In this document: positions 6,119 through 11,094 of the stretch, in pieces
Layout of the letters: each line of letters opens with the position of its first letter
Position numbering within the stretch: position 1 is the first letter of the stretch
Origin: Candidatus Iainarchaeum sp.
GTDB taxonomy: Archaea; Iainarchaeota; Iainarchaeia; Iainarchaeales; CSSED10-239
Length of the DNA: 11,094 bases
Direction: 5' to 3'
NCBI GenBank assembly: GCA_028700905.1
Contig: JAQVRT010000024.1
Span: 1-11,094 of the forward strand
Notes under the pieces: model-generated
Told to the model about the DNA's origin: nothing
The model's database searches: none
What the model saw: only the letters and a program-made list of their open reading frames with translations
Made by a program: the position numbers and the translations under genes

Positions 6119-6905
6119 TATATTAAATTTAATTAATGCAGGAAGCATTAAAGAAAAAATTAAAAATGGAAAAAGAGAAGATAATAGAGGTTTTGAAGAC
6201 TTTAGAGATCTTGAAATAAAAACTTCAGTTTTATCTTCAGCTGACGGTTCTGCATGGGTTAAACTTGGAAATACAGAAGTTGTTGCTGGAATTAAATTTG
6301 CAGTTGGAACTCCATATCCAGATTCACCAGATGAAGGAAGTATGTCTTTAAATTTAGAACTTACAGGTATTTCTTCTCCTGATTTTTCAACAGGTCCTCC
6401 ACAAATAGATTCTCTAGAGTATGGAAGAGTTGCTGATAGAGCAATTAGATCTGCTGAAGCAATTGATTTTAAAAAACTTTCAATTGTTGCAGGAGAAAAA
6501 GTATTTACTATTTTCATTGATTGTATTGCAATTAATGCTGATGGTAACTTAATTGATGCAACTGAAATTGCAGCTCTTGCAGCTTTAAAAAATGCAAAGA
6601 TACCAAAACTTGATGAAAATAACAATATTATTTCAAAAGAATATACTGATCAAAAATTAGAACTTTTAAATATTCCTTTAAGTTTTACTTTTGAAAAAAT
6701 TGAAGGAAAAATAATTGTTGATCCAACAGAAGCAGAAGAATTTGCTTCAGATGCAAGATTTAGTTTAGGTCTTGTAAAAGATACTGTTGTATCTTGTCAA
6801 AAAAGTAAAAATGGTGTTTTTACAGAAGAAGAAATCTTTAAAATGATTGATCTTTCTGTAAATAAATATACTGAAATTGTAAAAAAAATAGAGGCTTTAG
6901 AGTAA
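6111..6905 (+). CDS. rrp42: Exosome complex subunit Rrp42 (RNase PH-like, non-catalytic)
   Basis: REDNRGFEDFRDLEIKTSVLSSADGSAWVKLGNTEVVAGIK matches the Rrp42 RNase PH fold start. I prefer ATG 6111 (MSDILNL...) because GGTGA at 6101-6105 sits 5 nt upstream. This gives an ATGAGTGA overlap with the rrp41 stop. The track's ATG 6099 is an in-frame alternative. Confidence 0.88.
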   Translation: MSDILNLINAGSIKEKIKNGKREDNRGFEDFRDLEIKTSVLSSADGSAWVKLGNTEVVAGIKFAVGTPYPDSPDEGSMSLNLELTGISSPDFSTGPPQIDSLEYGRVADRAIRSAEAIDFKKLSIVAGEKVFTIFIDCIAINADGNLIDATEIAALAALKNAKIPKLDENNNIISKEYTDQKLELLNIPLSFTFEKIEGKIIVDPTEAEEFASDARFSLGLVKDTVVSCQKSKNGVFTEEEIFKMIDLSVNKYTEIVKKIEALE

Positions 6906-6917
6906 ATGTGATTTGAA

Positions 6918-7142
6918 ATGGCTACAAAAAAAGTAAAAGAAACAGGTAAGTATGGTGTTAGAGGTGGAAGAGGAATTAGACAAAAATATCTTCTTGCAAC
7001 TAAAACAGATAAATCTTCTTATGTATGCCCTAATTGTGGATATAAAGGAAGAATTTCAAAAACTAAATCTGCTATATTTAAATGTTCAAAATGTAAAACA
7101 GAAATAGCAGGTGCTGCATATAAACTTTCTTCAAAGAATTAA
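6918..7142 (+). CDS. rpl37ae: Large-subunit ribosomal protein L37Ae (eL43)
   Basis: KKVKETGKYGVRGGRGIR... followed by the zinc ribbon CPNCG-x(13)-CSKC and AGAAY, the eL43 signature. 74 aa. GTGA at 6908-6911 lies 6 nt upstream of the ATG. Confidence 0.9.
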   Translation: MATKKVKETGKYGVRGGRGIRQKYLLATKTDKSSYVCPNCGYKGRISKTKSAIFKCSKCKTEIAGAAYKLSSKN

Positions 7143-7154
7143 AGGTGAAAAATA

Positions 7155-7283
7155 ATGTATTATTGTGCAAGATGTAAAACTGAATATGATGCAATTCCTG
7201 AAAATGATAAATGCGGAGTTTGCGGTTCAAGAATTTTTTATAAGAAAAGAGAACCTGTTTTAAAAAAGATTAAGGCAAATTAA
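7155..7283 (+). CDS. rpoP: DNA-directed RNA polymerase subunit P (Rpo12/Rpb12 homolog), 42 aa; not in the supplied ORF track
   Basis: My translation of 7155..7283 is MYYCARCKTEYDAIPENDKCGVCGSRIFYKKREPVLKKIKAN*. It has a CxxC-x(12)-CxxC zinc ribbon followed by G-x-RI-x-YK-x-R-x-P and a V/I-K-A tail, as in archaeal RpoP. GGTGA at 7144-7148 lies 6 nt upstream. Position between rpl37ae and the Brix gene is canonical. Confidence 0.85.
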   Translation: MYYCARCKTEYDAIPENDKCGVCGSRIFYKKREPVLKKIKAN

Positions 7284-7285
7284 GT

Positions 7286-7759
7286 ATGTTTGTAACAGTT
7301 TCTAGGAAATCAAATCTTTTAGAAAAAAGATTTTCTAAATATCTTACAAGATATCTTCCTGGAATAAATTACTTGCCAAGAGGAAAAACTCCTCTTTTAA
7401 AATTTTTTAAAAAAGCATTATATTTAGGCCATAGATATTTTTTAATAGTTTCTTCTATTAAAGGAAATATCTTACTTTCAGTTTATGCTTTAAGAGAAGA
7501 TAGTTATTTTCTTGAAAGAGAATATTTAATTGAAGTTATTGATTTAAGGCATTTAAAGTCTTTTTCATATATTTCTTCAGTAAACTCTTCTTTTAATGAT
7601 TTAAAAAAAGTATTTTATTTTCTTGAAAAAAAATATCTTTCTTTAAAAAGTAATTTTGGTGTTTTTCAAACATCAGATGAAAATATCTTTAATTTTCTTG
7701 AAAACGAAGAATATTTAGGATTTAAATTTAAAATAGTAAATGTGAGTAATTTTGATTGA
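7286..7759 (+). CDS. Brix-domain (Imp4-like) ribosome biogenesis protein
   Basis: The N-terminal MFVTVSRKSNLLEKRFSKYLTRYLPGINYLPRGK matches the archaeal Brix start (ITTSR-x-P-x-x-R-x-R-x-F-x-x-x-L-x-x-x-P-x-x-x-Y-x-x-RGK). 157 aa, at the canonical position after rpoP. Confidence 0.75.
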   Translation: MFVTVSRKSNLLEKRFSKYLTRYLPGINYLPRGKTPLLKFFKKALYLGHRYFLIVSSIKGNILLSVYALREDSYFLEREYLIEVIDLRHLKSFSYISSVNSSFNDLKKVFYFLEKKYLSLKSNFGVFQTSDENIFNFLENEEYLGFKFKIVNVSNFD

Positions 7760-8000
7760 TCAAGTGCTTTCAATTGTTTTTGAAATAAAAACAAAAAGTC
7801 CAAAGGATTTAAAAGAAATTTTAGATCTTGAAATTGATAGAAAGAAATATGATCGTTCAACTTCTCAAATTATTATTGAAAATAAGAAATTAATTATTAA
7901 GATTTATGCAAAAGACATTATTGCTTTTAAAGCAACAATTAATAATTACATAAATCTTTTAGAGTTAATTTCTAAAGTTTATGAGGTGGATTTAAAATGA
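7752..8000 (+). CDS. pcc1: KEOPS complex subunit Pcc1 family protein
   Basis: About 80 aa. The C-terminal half, LIIKIYAKDIIAFKATINNYINLLELISKV, fits the Pcc1/CTAG pattern (L-x-I-x-x-x-A-x-D-x-x-A-L/F-R/K-A-x-x-N-S/N-Y-L-R/N-L/W-L). It appears to start at TTG 7752, with GTGA (7742-7745) 6 nt upstream. An in-frame GTG at 7764 is an alternative. It overlaps the Brix stop by 8 nt. Confidence 0.7.
   Translation: MIDQVLSIVFEIKTKSPKDLKEILDLEIDRKKYDRSTSQIIIENKKLIIKIYAKDIIAFKATINNYINLLELISKVYEVDLK
7983..7988 (+). promoter_or_regulatory. Shine-Dalgarno GAGGTG for pfdB, inside the pcc1 3' end
   Basis: GAGGTG lies 8 nt upstream of ATG 7997. pcc1 and pfdB overlap as ATGA. Confidence 0.6.
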
Positions 8001-8344
8001 GTAAAGATAATAATATGATAAATACTTATAGACAACAATTAATGTATTTATCTCAACAAAAACAACAATTACAAGTTCAAGTAAATGTGTTAGATAGCAC
8101 AGTTAAAGAACTTGAAAACACAAAAGAAACAAAAGTTTACAAAGGTGTTGGTAACATTTTCATTCTAAAAGATAAAGCTGATGTTATTAAAGAAACAAAA
8201 GAAACAAAAGAAACAGTTGAACTTAGATTAAAAACTGTTGAAAAACAAGAAAACGATACTTTAAAGAGATTAAATGATTTATCTAAAGAAAACAAAAAAG
8301 AAGATAAATCAAAAGATGAAACAAATACTGAAGGAATTGCTTAA
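7997..8344 (+). CDS. pfdB: Prefoldin subunit beta
   Basis: It shows coiled-coil / beta-hairpin / coiled-coil organisation. QQLMYLSQQKQQLQVQVNVLDSTVKELEN is followed by VYKGVGNIFILKDKADV (the prefoldin beta VYK-x-VG-x-x-x-V/I-K hairpin) and then VELRLKTVEKQENDTLKRLNDL. Canonical end of the superoperon. Confidence 0.85.
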   Translation: MSKDNNMINTYRQQLMYLSQQKQQLQVQVNVLDSTVKELENTKETKVYKGVGNIFILKDKADVIKETKETKETVELRLKTVEKQENDTLKRLNDLSKENKKEDKSKDETNTEGIA

Positions 8345-8375
8345 ATTAAATTTTAAGCAATTTAACTTTTTTTTT
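8335..8375 (+). terminator. Hairpin (11-bp stem, 6-nt loop) plus T9 run ending the superoperon
   Basis: aattgcttaaa (8335-8345) pairs perfectly with tttaagcaatt (8352-8362). The stem includes the pfdB stop codon. A T run at 8367-8375 follows, and archaeal termination uses oligo-T tracts. Confidence 0.6.
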
Positions 8376-8389
8376 AATAAAAATAGTTT

Positions 8390-8421
8390 AAAAGGTTTTT
8401 TTTTAAAAAAACCTTTTTTTT
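8390..8421. terminator. Palindromic AAAAGG-T9/A7-CCTTTT element between convergent transcription units (possible bidirectional terminator)
   Basis: The sequence reads AAAAGG T9 A7 CC T8. GG 8394-8395 pairs with CC 8412-8413, with A/T pairs on both sides. T runs follow the hairpin on both strands. A further T10 run lies at 8428-8437. Confidence 0.45.
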
Positions 8422-8439
8422 AATCAATTTTTTTTTTAA

Positions 8440-8853
8440 TTATTTTAAATAAATAATTTTCTTTCCATCTTTTAATTTCTTTTTCTTAGATTTTCTAATT
8501 AAATAATGAATTGTGCTTTTTGGAACCTTTAATTTTTCTTCAAGTTCTCTGTATGAAAAATCTTTGTGCATCTCAATAATTTTTTTAAGTTTTGATGCCG
8601 GTATATCAATAGGTCTTCCTTGTTCATTTTTAATCTGGAGGGCTATTTTTTTAGATCTAAGTAATTTTTTAGTATTTTCCCCCATTCTGTCTTTTGTTGT
8701 TTTTGAAAGTGTTATAAGTTTTAATCTTTTACATTTTGTAATAATCTTTGTAATTATTTTTATTGAAAAAGACTTTGTAATATGTAGTTCTTGACAAGAT
8801 GAATCTAGACTACTAATTTTTTTAAAATCATTTAATGAATCTTTAACAACCAT
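8440..8853 (-). CDS. Small lysine-rich DNA-binding protein with a C-terminal resolvase/Hin-like helix-turn-helix
   Basis: 137 aa. GRPIDIPASKLKKIIEMHKDFSYRELEEKLKVPKSTIHYLIRK has the pattern GRP-x(n)-S-x-REI/L-x-x-x-L-x-V/I-x-x-STI/V-x-x-x-L/I-x-K typical of HTH_7-type domains. I do not recognise the N-terminal 70 aa. A GGGGA Shine-Dalgarno (8860-8864 on +) has 6 nt between it and the ATG. Confidence 0.6.
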   Translation of the reverse strand: MVVKDSLNDFKKISSLDSSCQELHITKSFSIKIITKIITKCKRLKLITLSKTTKDRMGENTKKLLRSKKIALQIKNEQGRPIDIPASKLKKIIEMHKDFSYRELEEKLKVPKSTIHYLIRKSKKKKLKDGKKIIYLK

Positions 8854-8908
8854 TTATTTTCCCCACTTTTTAATGTTTTTTTGTCCAATATTATTAGTTA
8901 CTATATGG

Positions 8909-8920
8909 TTTTATAAATAT
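8909..8920 (+). promoter_or_regulatory. Candidate TATA box (TTTTATAAATAT) for cmk
   Basis: TATA-like element about 46 nt upstream of ATG 8966. This would give a short leader containing GTGA (8956-8959, 6 nt before the ATG). AT-rich background makes it uncertain. Confidence 0.3.
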
Positions 8921-8965
8921 ATTTGTTTTAAAAATCTTTTCAATATAATATATATGTGATTATTT

Positions 8966-9535
8966 ATGATTATCTTAGTTTGTGGATATGCAGCTTCTGG
9001 TAAAAGCATGGTTTCAAGGTATTTAGGTAAACAATTAAAATATAAAGTTGTTCATACTTCTGATGTTTTAAAACAATTTACTGATAATCAAAAAACCATT
9101 TCAGAGAAAACAAAAATGAATAAAGGTTGGTATGAAAAATCAAATCTTATGGTTGTTAGAAAAAATGATTTTTCTTTTGATAAAAACCTAGATAAATATT
9201 TGCTTTCTTTAGTAAAAGAAAACGAAAATATTGTTTTAGATTCTTCAACACTTCCTTATCTTTTAAAAAAGAAAAAAGGTGTTTTAAAAATTTGGCTTAA
9301 AGCAACTCACAAAACTAGGGCTGAAAGAATGGCTTTAAGAAATAAAATTTCTTTAGAATCTGCAGATAAAGTTCTAAGAAAAAAAGATAAGTTTAATAGA
9401 GCTCATTATAAAAAAATTTATGGTTTTGATTTTGGAAAAGATTTATCTGTTTTCAACTATGTTTTAGATACTACAAACATAAATATAGATCAAGTTTTTA
9501 AAAAAACTTTAGATTTTGTAAAATCTAAACTTTAG
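8966..9535 (+). CDS. cmk: Cytidylate (CMP) kinase, archaeal type
   Basis: P-loop at MIILVCGYAASGKS (Walker A GxxxxGKS). LKIWLKATHKTRAERMALRNKIS...KKIYGFDFGKDLSVFNYVLDTTNINIDQV closely follows the archaeal Cmk C-terminal pattern (IWL-x-A-x-x-x-x-RA-x-R-x-x-x-R... YGID-x-x-D-x-S-x-YD-L-V-I/L-DT). Confidence 0.82.
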   Translation: MIILVCGYAASGKSMVSRYLGKQLKYKVVHTSDVLKQFTDNQKTISEKTKMNKGWYEKSNLMVVRKNDFSFDKNLDKYLLSLVKENENIVLDSSTLPYLLKKKKGVLKIWLKATHKTRAERMALRNKISLESADKVLRKKDKFNRAHYKKIYGFDFGKDLSVFNYVLDTTNINIDQVFKKTLDFVKSKL

Positions 9536-10367
9536 TGCTTAATTTTAAGATTGTTTTTTCAGAAACAGTGTATCTTCCTAAAACATTATTTTCATGCACT
9601 AAATCTCCATGGAAATCAGAGCCTGCAGTTTCAATAAGCTCATATTTTTTTGCAAGTTCTTTTATTTTATCCATAAATACAGTATTTTTATATTTTATTA
9701 AATCTTCTGGAATATATCCATTAGTTTCTATTCCTAACAGTCCTTCTGAAACTAATTTTAATATAAAAGATTCAATTTCTGCTTTTTGAAAATCTTTTAA
9801 ATACCATGGATGAGGAAGTACAGGGGTTCCTTGAGCATCTTTAATAATCTGTATTATTTTTTTTGTTCTTGTAGGAGGAGTTTCAAGTCTTACTTTAACT
9901 TCTCTTAAATATTCACTAAATGCTTCATCAAGGCTTTTTACATATCCTTTTTCAACCATTACTTGTGCAATATTTGCAGAATTAGGGTTTTGTCCTTTTC
10001 CTGAGTTTTCTAAGACTTCATTATAGTCAATTTCTATTCCATACTCTAAAAGACCTTCTATTTTCTTTTTAATGTATTTTTTTCTCTGTGCTCTTTGTTT
10101 TTCAAGAAACATTAAAAGATAATTATCTTTAGGGTCAAAACCATATCCTAAAATCTCTGTACCCATACCTTGAATCTCAACACCAGAGATAAGTGTTAAG
10201 TTGTTTTTCTCTGCTGCTTTTTCAGCTTCAAAATACCCTTCTATACTATCATGATCTGTGATTGAAATTCCTTTTAGTCCAATTTCTTTAGCCTTTATCA
10301 CTAATTCTGTAGGACTTAACTTTCCATCTGAAAAATAGGTATGGGTGTGTAGATCAAATCTATTCAT
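9525..10367 (-). CDS. PHP-domain metal-dependent phosphoesterase (TrpH/YciV-like)
   Basis: MNRFDLHTHTYFSDGKLSP, ISITDHDSIEGY, GVEI, LPHP, GIET and GSDFHG are the successive PHP metal-ligand motifs. I prefer ATG at 10367 (MNRFDLH...). The track's start at 10403 would overlap the histone gene by 23 nt and adds 12 unconserved residues. AGGT has 9 nt between it and ATG 10367. Confidence 0.85.
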   Translation of the reverse strand: MNRFDLHTHTYFSDGKLSPTELVIKAKEIGLKGISITDHDSIEGYFEAEKAAEKNNLTLISGVEIQGMGTEILGYGFDPKDNYLLMFLEKQRAQRKKYIKKKIEGLLEYGIEIDYNEVLENSGKGQNPNSANIAQVMVEKGYVKSLDEAFSEYLREVKVRLETPPTRTKKIIQIIKDAQGTPVLPHPWYLKDFQKAEIESFILKLVSEGLLGIETNGYIPEDLIKYKNTVFMDKIKELAKKYELIETAGSDFHGDLVHENNVLGRYTVSEKTILKLSTKV

Positions 10368-10380
10368 TTTATTAAAACCT

Positions 10381-10590
10381 TTATTGCATTGTCTTTGTTG
10401 CAAGTTTAATATCTTCTGAAGTTACTGTTTTTCTTTTTGCATGTCTTGCAAGTTCTATTGCTTGTTTTGATATATCTATTGCAACTTCTGATAATATTTT
10501 TCCAAGTTCTTCAGCTGCATCTTCAGAGACTCTTTCAGCTCCTGCTTTCCTTATAAGTCTATCTATTGCTGCTATTGGTAATTCTGACAT
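10381..10590 (-). CDS. Archaeal histone (HMf family, single histone fold)
   Basis: MSELPIAAIDRLIRKAGAERVSEDAAEELGKILSEVAIDISKQAIELARHAKRKTVTSEDIKLA aligns along its whole length with HMfA/B-type histones (ELPIAP-x-x-R-x-I-K-x-AGAERVS-x-DA... A-x-x-LA-x-HAGRKT-x-x-x-EDI-x-LA). 69 aa. Confidence 0.93.
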   Translation of the reverse strand: MSELPIAAIDRLIRKAGAERVSEDAAEELGKILSEVAIDISKQAIELARHAKRKTVTSEDIKLATKTMQ

Positions 10591-10597
10591 GTATTTT

Positions 10598-10602
10598 CCC
10601 CC
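10598..10602 (-). promoter_or_regulatory. Shine-Dalgarno-like GGGGG for the histone gene
   Basis: The minus strand reads aaaaGGGGGaaaatacATG, with a 7-nt spacer. The same GGGG(A) type of site precedes the HTH gene at 8860-8864. Confidence 0.5.
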
Positions 10603-10709
10603 TTTTCTAAAAATAATTCCTTATATATATTTATTTTACAAAACTATTTATAAAATATTCTTTTTTTACTTAACATTTATTTGTTAATATTTAAATATGT
10701 TAACATGTA

Positions 10710-10717
10710 TTTATATA
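10710..10717 (+). promoter_or_regulatory. Consensus-like TATA box TTTATATA for the downstream wHTH gene
   Basis: An exact TTTATATA octamer lies 62 nt upstream of ATG 10779. The predicted leader would contain GTGA (10766-10769). Confidence 0.35.
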
Positions 10718-10778
10718 TTTTTCCTTCTAATAATTATTTAGTAATCAGTAAAATATTTTTAAGATGTGAAATATATAT

Positions 10779-11094
10779 ATGGCTCTTTCAGATTCAATTC
10801 TTTTACAGATAAGTCAAAAGAAAACAAACTACAATGATCTTTTAACAAAAATGGTTTCAAACTATTCATCAGTCAATTCAGCAAAAGCTGCTCTTTCAAG
10901 AGCTTTAAAAAACTTAGTTGCTTTTGGAGAAATTGAAAAAAATAATGATGATTATTTTTTAACAGAAAAAGGAAGACAGACAATTGAGTCTAAACTTAAA
11001 AATAAAATTTTAATTAACATAAATGATCTTTTAGAAAAATCAAGAAAAAAAAGTTCTTTAGAAGATGTTGATGAAATTGTAAAAAATTTACAGA
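10779..11094 (+). CDS. Hypothetical protein with a winged-helix-like N-terminal domain, 3' end beyond the window
   Basis: Not in the track because no stop lies in the window. My translation is MALSDSILLQISQKKTNYNDLLTKMVSNYSSVNSAKAALSRALKNLVAFGEIEKNNDDYFLTEKGRQTIESKLKNKILININDLLEKSRKKSSLEDVDEIVKNLQ, open through base 11094. The helix-helix-helix then G-E-I-x-x-x-x-x-x-Y-x-LT-x-KG wing pattern resembles MarR/PadR-like wHTH proteins. Confidence 0.55.
   Translation, partial: MALSDSILLQISQKKTNYNDLLTKMVSNYSSVNSAKAALSRALKNLVAFGEIEKNNDDYFLTEKGRQTIESKLKNKILININDLLEKSRKKSSLEDVDEIVKNLQ

Noticed and set aside
6077-6625. 182-aa ORF on the minus strand, antisense to rrp42 and the rrp41 3' end
   Set aside because: It lies entirely inside well-supported RNase PH-family genes on the + strand. 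Its product is low-complexity (S/A/I/L/F-rich) with no recognisable motif and no SD-like site. It is a typical shadow ORF.
7666-7860. 64-aa minus-strand ORF spanning the Brix/pcc1 junction
   Set aside because: It is antisense to two positionally conserved operon genes, with no motif and no upstream signal.
1353-8000. Possibility of TGA recoding (genetic code 4 or 25) given the very low GC
   Set aside because: TGA terminates argS, rrp4, rrp41, the Brix gene and pcc1 at positions matching the expected protein ends and followed by the next gene's start. Trp is encoded by TGG. No conserved ORF contains an in-frame TGA.
8189-8215. Perfect 9-nt x 3 tandem repeat (aaagaaaca)3
   Set aside because: It lies inside pfdB, is in frame (KETKETKET), and sits in a coiled-coil region of a Lys/Glu-rich protein. 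This is simple codon-repeat expansion, not a CRISPR array or a regulatory repeat.
8513-8794. 93-aa + strand ORF inside the HTH gene region
   Set aside because: Its product is hydrophobic and F/S/I-rich, as expected from reading the Lys/Glu-rich minus-strand gene backwards. The minus-strand frame has an HTH motif, a GGGGA SD and sensible termini.
8345-8965. The HTH gene as a remnant of an insertion sequence or integrated element
   Set aside because: It has no recombinase or transposase domain. I could not find terminal inverted repeats or direct target duplications flanking 8440-8853, and its composition matches the surroundings.
9535-9789. 84-aa + strand ORF antisense to the PHP gene
   Set aside because: It is a shadow ORF of a gene carrying all PHP motifs, and it has no independent support.
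10368-10403. Longer PHP ORF starting at 10403 (MQQRQCNKGFNK...)
   Set aside because: It would overlap the histone coding sequence by 23 nt, and the 12 extra residues are not part of the PHP fold. MNRFDLHTHT is the typical family N-terminus and has an AGGT site upstream.
10687-10698. The 12-nt perfect palindrome ATATTTAAATAT as a stand-alone site
   Set aside because: A/T-only palindromes of this length are expected by chance in DNA this AT-rich. I kept it only as part of the phased-repeat architecture reported in the findings.
1-11094. Scan for tRNA, rRNA, CRISPR arrays and GC-rich structured RNA islands
   Set aside because: No GC-rich 70-90-nt islands, no cloverleaf-compatible acceptor or T-arm sequences, and no regularly spaced direct repeats were seen on either strand. 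The only sizeable non-coding stretches (2292-2481, 8345-8439, 8854-8965, 10591-10778) are AT-rich promoter or terminator regions.

Overview
This is an AT-rich archaeal chromosomal window (GC looks well below 35% by eye; not computed). It uses the standard genetic code (TGA is a stop, TGG encodes Trp) and genes are tightly packed. That fits a small-genome, possibly DPANN-like archaeon, but the lineage is inference only. Bases 1360-8344 on the + strand are a near-textbook copy of the archaeal exosome/proteasome superoperon. In order it encodes RNase P proteins Rpp30 and Pop5, proteasome alpha, SBDS/Sdo1, Rrp4, Rrp41, Rrp42, ribosomal protein L37Ae, RNA polymerase subunit P, a Brix/Imp4-like protein, Pcc1 (KEOPS) and prefoldin beta. 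The subunit P gene is a 42-codon ORF that is absent from the supplied ORF track. A 5'-truncated arginyl-tRNA synthetase gene ends 4 nt before the superoperon, and hairpin plus oligo-T terminators follow it. The rest of the window holds a small lysine-rich HTH protein (-), an archaeal-type cytidylate kinase (+), a histone plus PHP-phosphoesterase pair (-), and the start of a winged-helix-like protein (+). The main departure from the conserved layout is a tandem pair of paralogous small basic ORFs of unrecognisable family (3221-3616 and 3630-4043). They sit exactly at the normally direct psmA-SBDS junction. Both end with a penultimate tyrosine, and they share a 35-nt identical block. Secondary points are three AGCTATT/AATAGCT elements that allow mutually exclusive hairpins in the only large intergenic gap of the operon (upstream of psmA), a recurrent (T)AAATGTGA(T) junction motif, and repeat architecture in the histone/wHTH divergent promoter. 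I saw no tRNA, rRNA, CRISPR array or clear mobile element.
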